The notes below the pieces were generated by a model. It worked only from the letters and a program-made list of their open reading frames with translations, was not told the origin of the DNA and did not search any database. Source: Lama guanicoe (taxonomy: Eukaryota). Taken from it: a stretch of DNA of 64,000 nucleotides. The stretch spans positions 26,802,793 to 26,866,792 of the forward strand of contig MU057356.1 in assembly GCA_013239625.1 (NCBI GenBank), written 5' to 3'. This document shows, in pieces, positions 1-12,169 of the stretch (position 1 is the stretch's first letter; every line of letters starts with the position of its first letter). Made by a program: the position numbers and the translations under genes.

Positions 1-1207
1 ACCTAACCACCTCTCCACCCACCCCTCCAAAAAATAATTTTAAGTGGTTCATTATATTCTTAAAAGTGATTTTAATATACTCAAGTGTCAAAGATTTCCC
101 CCCACATAAGAAACATGTTCTGTTTTATAACATGAATCAAAGAGAATATAAGAATTACTTAATATAAATGGTTTCTTCAGCATATTTCATTAGAAATGAT
201 ATTTTTGAATAATAGGTATCATTAGGGAGATCACTTCAGTCTAGGTTTATGCTTTCTGGAATTTTCTGGGGAAAGTGTCAATAAGGAGGTGAAGGAACAA
301 TGTGATGGTCTAGATAAACTGGTTAAACTGAATCTCAGGAACTCTGAAGGTTCTCTCCTCACCCATCCATAGTAGCAGCAACAATAGGATGAAACTATGA
401 TGCGACTTACCTTAATTAGCGTAGCAATTTGCCTCATGTTCTCTAAAAGTGCTAATAAATGTTAACTCAAAATAGATTAAAATACCAGACAAATTGCTAC
501 TACCTGGAAAAGAGTTATAATAATTTTGAAAATATAAATTATGGTTATGCAGCCTTTGGAGAGAACTATAAAATCCAATCTTTCTTATATTAAAAAAAAA
601 ACCTGTAGTACATGCTTTTTTCCCCCTTTAATCACAGTAATTTCTTCAAATGACACCACTGCATATTTCTTAGGAAGATACATGGAATTTTTCAAATCTT
701 ACGTGTAATAAAGGAATTGCCATTGATAGTCTTCAGCAAGAGAAAAAGAAATTAAATACAGAAAACCAGGGATCTTGGGGAAATTATAAAAAATTCATCT
801 TTTTGTTCCTTTTTTATATTACATACATTTTATGAGTTGGAACAGAGAATGATTCTTTTCATTCTAACAAGTGGAGTTGTGCATGACAAAATGTCTGCAG
901 AAAGGTGTTTGTAGGCGTAACGATTTAAAATGATTTGGACCCTCCTGGTGTCTTCCACCTAACTTTTTCTCTAAGGCACCAAAGTGCTTATGGAGTCTAT
1001 ACAAAGGGGTGAGCATAATTTATACTTCTGAGGAGTAAATGAAAATAACTTGAGTATAAAACTCGCCACACTATATCGCCAGGAGACTGTATAAGTAAAA
1101 GATAGAACCTTCCCTGGTGGGAGCACATGTAGTTCCCCTGAATAGCTTCTACCCAACAAAGCTCAAAAATGGAATATTTGCATTTTCCCTCCTGCTTTGT
1201 TTTCTAG

Positions 1208-1404
1208 AATTTACAGAACACAGTTAGCAAAAAGACTGCTTAGAAGCCACATTATCTCCACAGAGGATTACCTGTAACATTTTTCATACGGCTATACAAA
1301 GCCAAATTACTGCGTATCCTTGCCTATAACCTATGAAAGCCAGAGATCTAACACACTCTAAATTCGCAACCACAGATGCACCTTTCTTCATGCAACAGAA
1401 ATAG
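1208..1404 (+). other. Candidate alternative (terminal or poison) exon of the upstream unidentified gene
   Basis: Strong polypyrimidine tract and acceptor (cattttccctcctgctttgttttctag, 1181-1207). Possible donor ag|gtgaat at 1404/1405. All three frames stop inside the exon (1227, 1243, 1277). Confidence 0.35.
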
Positions 1405-2224
1405 GTGAATTAAATTTTGATAAATCAAAGGATATATAAAACACATTAGGAGAGCTAACAACTTGAATGAACCCTACCGTGAAAGTCTTTGCTAATGTGA
1501 ACAATTATCCCCTAATTTATATACTTCATAAATCCATATCTTCATGTATCAAGTTTGCTTAAGGTGAATTTTATCTCTCCTTGGCAGAACAGTTATCATA
1601 TAGCAAGATTTTCTATTTTAAAAAATTGGACCTCTAAAACAAAATGCCTGTCAACCCTTGGTATAAAATTTTGTACAGGCCCATGTGTAGATTAGAAAAG
1701 ATGTATTGTAGAAGACAGTCCCCATCTTTATGGTAGGTTTAAATGTTTTCTCTTCTCCCTCCATTTTTCATCTATTTCCAGTTAGTTGTTCCTTGAATTG
1801 TAAGTGATTTGGACCGCATTTACTCCCTTTGCAGTTCTTTGTCGATTTGGTGAAAGTCCTCTGACCAAATGAGTGTAGCTCTCCTTTAGTGAGACCTGCA
1901 TTTTGGGGAGGTTTGTTCATGGCAGGAGGGAGAAATGTAACCTAACCACAGCCTGGGGCACATCAGGTAGAGAAAATGGAGGGTTTTCTGGATATTTGAA
2001 CCCTGGACTGTGTTACTAAGAAAGGTTCTGGAATCTCCTCCAGAAAGCATAAGATAGAATAGATTCTTTTTGTATATGAAGTATGTTTTCAGGGTTACTT
2101 CTTATCCTGTGATTATTTCGTTTTGAATATTACAACTAATGTTATCAAGTTTATTTCTGAAATATCTCAGAAGTGGAACAACATTGAGAGAATTGGTCAC
2201 CCTAATAAAGTGCCAACTCAATAA

Positions 2225-2415
2225 ATGACCATTTATTGAGCACCAGCTATACTAATAAGAGGTACCATCTGGGGACCTTTTTATGTCAGTCACAGTGTTA
2301 GGCACAGCATTTAATCCTTATGACAGTCCTATAATGTAAGTACTAGTTGAGGAAACCAAATATAAACGAAGCGAAACCAGGATTCAAACCTGTTCTTGGT
2401 TGACTCTAAAGTCCA
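2225..2415 (-). mobile_element. MIR SINE fragment
   Basis: Antisense MIR core words: tttaatccttatgacagtcct, gaggaaac, ccaggattcaaacc, gactctaaagtcc. Confidence 0.6.
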
Positions 2416-2589
2416 CGGTATGAACCACAGTTGGTGTGTTTCCTCTCTAGTTTGATACAGCTCGACAGCCTTAATGATAAAAGGCAGACTTTGGTCCCCA
2501 GACTTTGATTCAGGTGTAAAAGAGAGTAAAGAGATGATTGGAATGCAGTGCGAGAGTGCTTAAATAAGAGACAGGCCTTGCAGGTGCCT

Positions 2590-3200
2590 GCCATGGGTGC
2601 ACAGAAAAGGGGTACCTAGCCCAGCCTCCTGGGGAGATAGGCTTGCTGAGGGAAGGCTTCCTGAAGGAGGGAATTCCTGAGCTGAATATGAGTTCCTCAG
2701 GAAATGGCCTTTGTGATTTGTGTGTTAGTGTCTGGCTTTGCCTTGCTCTTGAGTTTCTATTTCTTATTTGTAGTTTGTTGTTATTTTCCCATTCATTCAC
2801 TGATAAGTAGGCCTCGCTCATGAATACAAAAACTGTTGTGGCTCTTGTGGATCTTACACTGGAGCAAGAGTAGACTTTAAACAAAACTGTAAACTAACTT
2901 TGAAGGTACCATGAAGGAACAGTAGGCTATGTTGGAAGAGTGAATAATCTGGAAGCCTTACCTAATCTGGGGAGGGGAGCAGGGTGAGGGCAATGATCAA
3001 AGTTCCCTGGGTAAATGACATTGAACTAAGAACCAAGAAATCAGGTTCTGGACGTGGAATTGGACTTGAGAAGGAGACTTTAAGAGGGAAGTAGACTTAA
3101 AAGTATTCCACATAAAGAGAACAGCATGTGCAAAGATCCTGAGGCCAGAAGGAACTTGGACAGCTTGATAACCTGCAATGAGGTCAAGTGACTTAATAGT
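2590..3200 (-). mobile_element. L2 LINE fragments
   Basis: Purine-rich antisense L2 words: agggaaggcttcctgaaggag...ctgagctga and agagaacagcatgtgcaaagatcctgagg. Confidence 0.55.
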
Positions 3201-3829
3201 ATCAAAAATATAGTAGAGAAAGAGAGCCTGGCTAGATGATTCACGACCATCTCTTTTTTATTAAAAGTGATTTTCTTTGTGTTTTTGAGAACACAGTGTT
3301 ATACATTGTGTCTATATCACAGAAAGAATTAACTGCATGGCTTGGTTGAATTTGAAATGAAAGTTGACTTTAAGGCTTGAATAGAAATTCTGACAAAGGT
3401 GATCATCAATGTAGTATTGAAATATCAATTCTAAATTTAACAAAAAGATTATATATAATGTAGTTTACCAAATCACCCAGAAAACAACATGTTATTTCAG
3501 AAAAGTGCAGATGACTGAATGTCATGGTCGTCATACTTCCAAGCAGGCTTTCATGCAAACAGCAAGGGTTTGATGTTGGTTTCCATTTTTTCCTGGTGGT
3601 CTTGATCTTTTTCAATAATGGACAGACCAGGAGGGGGAGAACAAAAATGTGTATCACCAAAATCTTCTTTCAGACCAGCTTACTCAGTATAAATGAAATA
3701 TTGATGTATGTGAAAATGCCCAAGTGTTCAATAAAGATTTTAAATAAAGCCACCTAAAAGTTGTGGTTCTTAGGTTAATCATTTATTTATCTAAAGGATG
3801 AAGGAAGCTGTCTACTTCTGTGATATGAG

Positions 3830-4105
3830 NNNNNNNNNNNNNNNNNNNNNNNNNNNNNNNNNNNNNNNNNNNNNNNNNNNNNNNNNNNNNNNNNNNNNNN
3901 NNNNNNNNNNNNNNNNNNNNNNNNNNNNNNNNNNNNNNNNNNNNNNNNNNNNNNNNNNNNNNNNNNNNNNNNNNNNNNNNNNNNNNNNNNNNNNNNNNNN
4001 NNNNNNNNNNNNNNNNNNNNNNNNNNNNNNNNNNNNNNNNNNNNNNNNNNNNNNNNNNNNNNNNNNNNNNNNNNNNNNNNNNNNNNNNNNNNNNNNNNNN
4101 NNNNN
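3830..4105. other. Assembly gap (N run). Other gaps: 4540-4679, 20411-20645, 22501-22656, 31855-32025, 35860-36072, 43697-43832, 48300-48471, 51375-51522
   Basis: Runs of n read directly from the sequence. Confidence 1.
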
Positions 4106-5060
4106 TTCTGTCCAGAATCCTGTGTATCCTCTCCACCAACCTACAGTTTTGTCCTAAACAAGCTGTCAGGTTGATGATGAAGTCAGTCACACGTTAGAAT
4201 ACTGTCTTACTGCTGCCTTACCTCCCAAGCACTAGATTTTCAATGGGCGTTGTTAAGATCTTGACAAGTCACAGTCATTTAGGCTTCTAGAAAACACATT
4301 TGATTTCTTGATATCATGTGTATTTTTAAAAATCCCTAAGGGTGAATGTAGTACTTAGCAAATCAGGGAGGTCAGACAGAAAGTGACACTGTCTTCTCAC
4401 AAAACACTTGCTCCCTCTGCTGAGAAGGAATGAAGCAAGGGTTCCCAGCACTAGTGTGTCACACCAGTGGGCATGGGCGGCCGGTGCTTTCAGTGGTCCC
4501 CGTGCGTGACGGTGGCTCTTCTTTGTTCTAGGTCAGCGANNNNNNNNNNNNNNNNNNNNNNNNNNNNNNNNNNNNNNNNNNNNNNNNNNNNNNNNNNNNN
4601 NNNNNNNNNNNNNNNNNNNNNNNNNNNNNNNNNNNNNNNNNNNNNNNNNNNNNNNNNNNNNNNNNNNNNNNNNNNNNNNGCCCACTCTTTGGTCCTCTCG
4701 GGTCACCCAGGAGGGTGGAGAGGAATCACAGATTTGGGTTGGGTGATCTCTTAGGTTTAAAGTGTCCTGTGTCTACATGTGTACCCAAGCGTGTGTGTTT
4801 GTGTCCCATTTGCATATTGCATAGCATAAGCGCAATTGATGTTTGTTCCCAGGTGAGCTGGGTTTTTTCTTCAAAATTAAAAATTTTGAAAGACACAGAC
4901 CTTTAGTTTCTTAGTTCAAAGGCTTATTTCTCTGGAAAAAAATTTTTTTTTTACTGTAAAATCAAAACAAAATTGGAACCATTCTTTTGAGCTTCTGATT
5001 ACTGCCACCAGAGATGCCCCCAGATGAAGGCAGCAGCTGCCTTCTCTTTTCACCGGAAAG

Positions 5061-5111
5061 GATTGTGCACATCTACTGGTGACGACCAGAACAGTAGCGA
5101 TGTTGCACTAA
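5061..5111 (+). CDS. Candidate short coding part of the terminal exon of an unidentified gene (DCAHLLVTTRTVAMLH* if phase 0; xIVHIYW* in another phase; may be non-coding)
   Basis: Pyrimidine tract ccttctcttttcacc followed by AG at 5059-5060, placed at the start of a long 3'UTR-like block. Frame cannot be fixed because the upstream exon is not identified. Confidence 0.35.
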   Translation, partial: DCAHLLVTTRTVAMLH

Positions 5112-7455
5112 TTAGAAGCCTGGAAACCAGTACTTTTCAAAATTTCAAGCACACACACACCTGTTGGTTCTCATACACACACCCCACGGCACGTTCTTTC
5201 TAGATCATTTTCTGACAGAGGGGCCTTCTTCCAGGCCACTGAGAGGCATGTCATGCACTGTGGATCTGCCTGTCTCACTGTACCCACAGGTGGCTGACCT
5301 GCTGTCCAGTGGGTGGCTTAGGGACTAGAGCGAATAAAGCCTTTTGTGAAGTTTCATATGGAGACAACACTCTGAACTCCCTGACCCAGCTCACAAAAGT
5401 TAATTATTCATTATTCTATAAAATTTGGTTGAGTACTAAGTATTTTGAGTTTGACGTTAACATTGTGTTAGCTTTTATTTCATGGATGGTAACTGGTCCA
5501 GATATATTTTAATGATATTTGGAGCTAATCTTAACATTATCGACATAAAGCCACCAATGTAATGAATAGTGTGCAATTATTTTAAAAAAACCAACAGATC
5601 ATTTAATTACTTTTCTTAATTTTGGTAATTATGAAAATATATTTCTGAGATTTGAGGCTAGTCAAATTGATAGAAGATTAATGAGTGAGATATAAGTAGA
5701 CAATCTTCCTACTGTTTTGTTTTTTGTTTATTGTTTTTTTTTTTTGCATTGCTTTGGGCTTTAGAACAGGTTTTTTGGATACATGCATGTTATCATATTT
5801 TGAATAGTTCTTATGCTGTCGCAAAGATCTATTGCTGGTTAATGTATGAGTTAAGAAGAAATATTAGAAAATCTTTTCATTAAGATTCTGTTTACACTTG
5901 ACAGAAATAAGCATTTCTTTGTTTAATTAAAGATTTCCAGTCTTCAGTTTAGACAATATCTATTAGTAAATGAATATATGTTTTGATTTCACACATCTTT
6001 ACAATTAATTCATAGTAGGGACTCAGGCTCAAATAACCTTCCCTATGTCAAGATTTATAATCAAGACAGCAGGGAGCCTTTTTAAGCTAAAGAGTGATTA
6101 TCTTTCACAGTAGAGCTAGATATACAAAACCCTGACTTGTGAGTTGGCTATTTATTCTTCCCCATTTTGGACATAAACTGTTTCTTGGCCTTTAACAGAT
6201 ACACTAAGATTTCAGTTTCACTTTATGTAATTCCCAACACTGCTAAAATGAATGCTTCAAGCTGTAAGAAACAAACAAACAAACAATAGCTTTACATTCG
6301 AATGCCATTCACTTATTTATAATAACTCTTTTTTTTGTAAACAACTATTTCCTTTGATTATGTCAACATGTTTCCGACGTGGCATGTCTTTGGCTTTTAA
6401 TCCCAATCAGTTTGGAAAATCTAGTCACTAAGCACCAAGAGTATTTTTCCATCACTAAATGGGTTACTAATTTAATTTGAAGGGAATAAAATTTGTGTAA
6501 GAAAACAGCTGTTTACTGTTAATAAACTGTAGTTCTTCTTACACAGCAAGCTGTATCGTCTTCGTATTCATTTCCCCACCACTGAAAAGTATCTTCATCC
6601 ACGATATTTTAACTGGTTTTTAATCCAAAACTAATTTATAAGACAATATGTATAGTAAAAGTAGCTTGAGTGAATAAGCAAAAGTTTAATTTTTATATAT
6701 GTCACACTATATTTTAAATAGTTAAAAAAAGACAAAAGAAGGGAGAGCCGTCGACAATAGAGATGGTGCCGTTTCAGTTCAAAGTTGTAATGATCCTTGG
6801 AGTGTTCCAGTTTGGTTGTCAGATGGTTTCAGAAGTGTATAATTGATTTTTTTAATGTTGCGTTGTTTGAATCTAAAGTACAGCACTATAACATGCTTCA
6901 GCTTGGGGGGTGGGGGTGGGGCGGGACTTGCACTTATTCTTTAAGATGTTGACTAATCCAGAAAGCCTGATGCATCATAACCTGGAAAACTGCTTTGGTA
7001 TATTTGTAGGAATCTGTAGAAATATCATATCCAGCCTCAAAGCATTAATCTCAATAAACAACCAGAAAAAGCATCACCTTGAATGATCCTGTGATGGTTG
7101 TTGAATGTGTCCTCATTAGATGCTTTGAAATAAGGCCTCAAATGATTTTTCTGGGCAATATAGAGGTTTTTTTGGTTTTTTGTTTTTTTTGTTTTTTTTT
7201 TTGGTTTTTTTTGCTTAGAATGTCATAAATACATATGAACATGTTTAATGCAGGGCTTTTTATCCTCTCCAAAATGTCAACAGTATTTTCAGAATAAAGA
7301 CTATGAAATATATTGCTGTAGTGGAAAATTCTGGTCCTTTATCTTTAATGTCTTTTTGAGTGGATAAAGGAAATTCATCCAGTTTGTAGTTTCTATATTT
7401 CTGTGAATCTTTTGACCTTGCAATGGGTTGCAATAAAAGAGAAACAAAACAAAAT
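5112..7455 (+). other. Long 3' UTR of the upstream gene
   Basis: About 2.3 kb with no recognisable interspersed repeat, AT-rich, U-rich tracts (5714-5746, 7167-7212), several AATAAA hexamers and miRNA seed matches (TGTTTACA 5889, GTGCAAT 5571, TGAATGT 7102). Repeats resume right after ~7.7 kb. Confidence 0.65.
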
Positions 7456-7472
7456 GTCTTTTGTTTTATTTT
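7432..7472 (+). terminator. Distal polyadenylation signal with U/GU-rich downstream element
   Basis: AATAAA at 7432-7437, then tgtcttttgttttatttt about 18 nt downstream, at the end of the repeat-free block. Confidence 0.55.
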
Positions 7473-7714
7473 AGAGACAATAAATGGCCTCCCTGTTGCT
7501 GGCTGGGTGTGATGCGCGCAATGGTCCCTGTGCTTGTGTTTCACTACAGACTTTATGTAGGTTTGACTAACCCAAAATAATAAACAAGACTGGGTTTAGG
7601 AGGTTCTTGTTTGGCCAGTGAGTACTGAGATAAGATGAAAATGTCGAGGGTTTAAGCAAGTGGTTTGTTTAAAATACTATTCCTTAAACACTTACTCATT
7701 TGCTTAGCCATTTA

Positions 7715-8100
7715 TTCAATTTTTCAAAAGTTAACAAATAAATGTATTGAGTGAAAAACCTGTGCCAGGCACTGGGCATTTAAAATAAATACAAGTCGTT
7801 CCCATCTGCATGTTGCTCAAAGCCTAGCAAGGAAAGGTTCTTAAAAATTAACCAGAGCGGTGGAACAGAAGAGAGCTAATAACAGGCATAATTTGAAGGA
7901 ACACGTAGGACAGAGTAGCAGGTTTGGGAAGGAAGGACCTCACTGAGGAGGATGTTTCAGTGAGGGTTGAAGGAGTAGCAGGAGTTTATGAAACTTACTG
8001 TGGGGAAGGAAGGGAGAGCAGCCTGGAAAATGGAAAAACACGCAAAGGCACGAGCAGATGAGACAGCAAGTCAAGTTCAGCGTGTTAGAGGAGGATACAT
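7715..8100 (-). mobile_element. L2 LINE 3' fragment
   Basis: Antisense L2 tail: catttattcaa...aacaaataaatgtattgag...tgtgccaggcactggg. Confidence 0.6.
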
Positions 8101-8438
8101 CCCTTAGAAGCAGTCGGTAGGAAAAGGTTCTAGAGAAAAAACAAGGGCTATTCATAAACGTTTCATGGCTAACTGAAAAAAACAGGAAAGAAAAGTAGGA
8201 AAGAACAGATCCACTAGAGAAGTCTTTCCCTAAATTCCTTCAACAAGTAGGAATTTAAACACAAGACTTTTTATTTATGGAAATACGATGAAATGAAGAC
8301 CCTGAAGGATTTTCTGCTATGTAATATGTAAAATTTTTCATTGCAATTTTTTAAAACCCTTTTTAATGACTGGATGTGCCTGTAAGAAAGCAAAAGAAAC
8401 CTTTCATGGCCAGAAACAGTGGGAACATCAGTCTAGAG

Positions 8439-8659
8439 CAGGGGGTTCGCTAAAGTATGGCCCCAGGCTAAACATGGCCAGATGTATATTTTTGTAAATA
8501 AAGCTTTGTTGGAACACAGTCATACACATTTGTTTACAGATTCTTTATGGCCGCTTTCATGCTGTAACAGCAGAGTTTGGTGGTTGTGAAAAATGCCATG
8601 CGGTCCATGAAGTCAAAAATATTTACTGCCTAGCGTTTACAGATGTTTACTGACACTTG
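8439..8659 (+). mobile_element. MER58A-like hAT-Charlie MITE
   Basis: Matches recalled consensus (ttttgtaaataaagctttgttggaacacagtcat...aaaatatttact). 8-bp TSD gtctagag/gtctagaa. Confidence 0.85.
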
Positions 8660-8667
8660 GTCTAGAA

Positions 8668-8827
8668 GAGTGGATCTCAAAGTGTGGTCCCCAAACCAAT
8701 CAGCATCACCTGGAAACTTGCTAGAAATACAAATTCTTGGACCCCACGTTAGCACTACTAAATCAGAAACTCAAAAAATAAGCCCCAGCAATCTTCCAGG
8801 TGATTCTGATGCATGCTAAACTTTTGT
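8668..8827 (+). mobile_element. MER5A-like hAT-Charlie MITE
   Basis: ctcaaagtgtggtcccc...cagcatcacctggaaacttgctagaaat...ccaggtgattctgatgca. Flanked by gtctagaa/ctctagaa. Confidence 0.85.
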
Positions 8828-9279
8828 CTCTAGAAAGGTAAGCATGGAAACTACTAGAATGTGGCACACTGTATTGATTACTATTGCCTAGATAATGTGT
8901 ACAGAACTTGGGCCAGTTCTGTACTGGGAGCATCAAGTCACAGTCCTCCTCACCTAAAACCAGGATCCCTGAAAAGCAATATCCTTTTACAAAGAGTGAA
9001 CTAAAATAGAACAAAGCAGAACAAAAACTGGAAGGCAGACAGTAAGAAAAATTACCGTTTTCAGGCTTGCCTGTTCATGGGTTGTTTTTTTGAAAGGTTC
9101 TCCTGGAAACTAATGACCGCCGACCACCATTCACATGGGTTTATCTGAATCCACATTACTATTTGCATCGTCTGTGTTGCTTATTGTTATATTTTTTTAA
9201 AGGATTCATCTCTGGAGTTCTCATTGCATGACAAAAGCAGACAAAAATCATCCCAGGCCTCAGACCCCACAAAGAGTGC

Positions 9280-10320
9280 TAGCAAATATAAATTCACAAT
9301 CTAGATGACAAAGGGAATAAGCCAGTATTAGTTCAAGTCAACAGGAAAAAAACAAACCATAGACCTACATCCTCAAAGACATCAATATTAAATGTTAAGA
9401 TACATAAATTTAGAATAAATGCTTGAAATAGTCAAAATATTAAAAACTATTTATAATATATGTAAGAAAAATAAAAAAGGATCTACCAAAAGAACTAGAA
9501 TTTTTAGAAATGAAAAATACAATAATTGAAAATTAAAATGGAAAGGCTTTGGTAGAACAGATTCAGCTATAGAGATAAACTGAAAGTTAGATATGAGTAA
9601 AATAAATGGAAAATTGAAAAAAAAACAGCTTTTTTCTTTTTATATACATATATTTATTGAAGTATAGTCAGTTTACAATGTTGCATCAATTTCTGGTGTA
9701 CAGCACAATACTTCTGTTATATAGGACATCATTCATTTTCATATTCTTTTTCACCATAAGTTAGTACAAGATATTGAATGTAGTTCCCTGTGCTATACAG
9801 TATAAATTTGTCTTTCTATTTTATTTATATTAGTTAGTATCTGCAAATCTAGAACTCCCAATTTATCTCTTCCCACTCCCTTCCCCACCTAATAACCATA
9901 AGTTTGTTTTCTGTGTCTGTGAAGTCTGTTTCTGTTTTGTAAATAAGTTTTTTTTTTAAGATTCCACATATAAGTGATATCATATGGTATTTTTCTTTCT
10001 CTTTCTGGCTTACTTCACTTAGAATGACATTTTCCAGGTCCATTCATGTTGCTACAAATGGCATTTTATTCTTTTTGATGACTGAGTAGTATTCCATTGT
10101 ATAAATATACCATGACTTCTTTATCTAGTTATCTGTTGATGGATATTTAGGCTCTTTCCATGTGCAGCCTTTTTTCTTTTGTGTGGATAATATCCATATG
10201 GATGACTGAGATTTTAAGACACGTGAGACGTAATATGAGACCTTCCAACATGTCTATCTAATCTTGCACAAGAAAAAATAGGATAAGGGAAAGACAGTGT
10301 TTAAAGATATAATGGAGTGT
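9280..10320 (+). mobile_element. Old L1M ORF1-region fragment, interrupted by a younger L1
   Basis: A-rich, with tagaaatgaaaaatacaataattgaaaattaaa typical of L1M ORF1. Continues after 10180. Confidence 0.5.
9641..10164 (-). mobile_element. 5'-truncated lineage-specific L1 (ORF2 C-terminus plus 3' UTR)
   Basis: Minus-strand peptide MDLENVILSEVSQKEKEKYHMISLICG is the L1 ORF2 end. 3' end reads tttattgaagtatagtcagtttacaatgttg. TSD cagcttttttctttt (9626-9640) / cagccttttttctttt (10165-10180). Confidence 0.92.
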
Positions 10321-10329
10321 CCATTTGTT

Positions 10330-10690
10330 AACAGAGAAGAAAAAAGATTTTGGAGGAGAATATCAAAGGCTCAGTTTTGGATGAGTTAATTTTGAGATGC
10401 TCATTAGACATTGAAGTGAGTGTGTTGAGTATGTTGTGGAATATAGGAGTCCAGTTCTCAGGAGAGGTATACAAATGGCACTTAAAATCATGAGCCTGTC
10501 TGAAATCATCATCTGTGGCCATCATCCATAACTTTAGGTAGAAAATGAAGTCTAAGGACTGTATCTTTGGTCACTGCAAAGTTGGAAGGCAGGGACAGGA
10601 AGGAAACTCTTTAAAGAAACTGAGGAACCTAAGAGGTTGGAAGACAGCCAGGAGCGTGTTCTATCCTGGAATCAAGTGAAAACAAGCAAA
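10330..10690 (-). mobile_element. L2 LINE fragment
   Basis: ctcagttttggatgagttaattttgagatgctcattagacat...ggagtccagttctcaggagag, antisense L2 body. Confidence 0.75.
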
Positions 10691-10699
10691 ATTAAAGAA

Positions 10700-10945
10700 G
10701 CTATTATTTAGGGACATCGTGTATTAATAAAAATGGAAAAAGGAACAGATAACAATAGCGCAGTTTCAGAACAGTGGTTACCCTTGGGTGGGCAGCCGTG
10801 GGACCACATGGAGGGCTTCAACTGAATCTGTAGGTTCCACTTCGTGAGTTGAAGAGTGGCTTCTCCAGTGTTTGTTTTACTAATATGCTTCATAATATAT
10901 GAATATGTAAGAAATTACTTTGTTTCAAATAGTTTGTTGAATTTT
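10700..10945 (+). mobile_element. L1ME-type 3' end fragment
   Basis: tcagaacagtggttacccttggg...ggagggcttc motif of old L1 3' UTRs. Confidence 0.5.
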
Positions 10946-12169
10946 AAGAGAAAGAGTTTTATACCTTGTTTAAATTGGTTGATTATCCGAGATTGCTAAA
11001 CCTAGATGCAGGGTTCCTCACCCTTCGGCAGTGGAGGTCAGCTCTGTGTGAAGCAGAGCTGACGCAATCCCATGTCTAAGCAGATGGCAGAGTGAGAGAA
11101 CATGCCAGTCTCACCCTTCTCCTCTCCTGTGCTGGACGCTTAGCACTGCATGCCTCCCTGGTTTCTAGCTGACCATCATTGGAATTTTAAGTGTAATAGT
11201 ATGTGGCACAGAGACAGCTGTGAGAATTCTTGTGGCATATCTGTCATGTCATTACCACAGGAATCAAAAGACTGCTGCACTGTTTTGTAAAGCAGTGGGG
11301 GGCCCTTTCATTATCACTTCATTTTTAATTACACAGACAAATCTGATATCAAAACCTTTTAGTAATACAGAGACTTGTCTGATAATGAGATAATCTTTAG
11401 TTGACATGAACAGTCAGAGTCAAGTCTATCCATTTCGTTATATGAATAAACCACAATTTACCTACCCATACTATCACTGGTGGATATTAGATTGTTTCCT
11501 GTTAAGCATTATGCTTATTCAAATTAATCCCAGTTTCTTGAGATAGTTAGTAGATACAAATGTAGTAATGTATCTTCTTCAGTCCCTAAAATGCAACCGT
11601 CTATTTCCAGGAAATAAACTTCGAAAAACTAAAATCATCTCCTAAAGAACATCCCCTTTCCTATGATTTTGCTTGGCTAATAAAACTGTGTTTGGATGCC
11701 ATCAGCCTGAGAAAAGAGAAACAGCCAAAGGGCAAGTGTTTATTTCAGCTCTTTGATTCACCACGTGATGGATGGAGGTTTCTTGTGCTTTTTCTACAGT
11801 TTGGCATAACCGGGGAGATCTGGAGATGAGCGTATCACTGTCAAGTGGAGTGAGAATGCATAGCTAGGCCAGGCCAGTGGGCACTCACTGAGTTCTCTTC
11901 TTCAGCCTGAAACCTCCCAATGGCGTGCCTGTGTGTGGGATTGCGTGTGCATGTGTATGTGTGTACGCGCACGTGCTCACGTGTACCACACAATCACAAA
12001 TGATGTCTACTGAATGCAGTCTGTTTAGTCTTCTTTCTTCCTTGGAGTTTTCAGTGATTAACATAATGGAAAATGAAAAATTAATGACTAAAGAAGGGCT
12101 TTTTTAAAAGGAATGTTATTTTTAAAAAAAAAATAGATGCTACCTTGATGGGCCTGGGTGGCTACTAAC

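Noticed and set aside
5061-7455. Gene symbol for the upstream gene
   Set aside because: I could not match any of the candidate C-terminal peptides to a gene with confidence. A BLAST of the 3' UTR against mammalian mRNAs would settle it.
9849-10043. Apparent gene pair with 43551-43838 (MDLE.IILSEVSQKEK..YHMISLIC)
   Set aside because: Both are the L1 ORF2 C-terminus running into the 3' UTR of truncated L1 copies.
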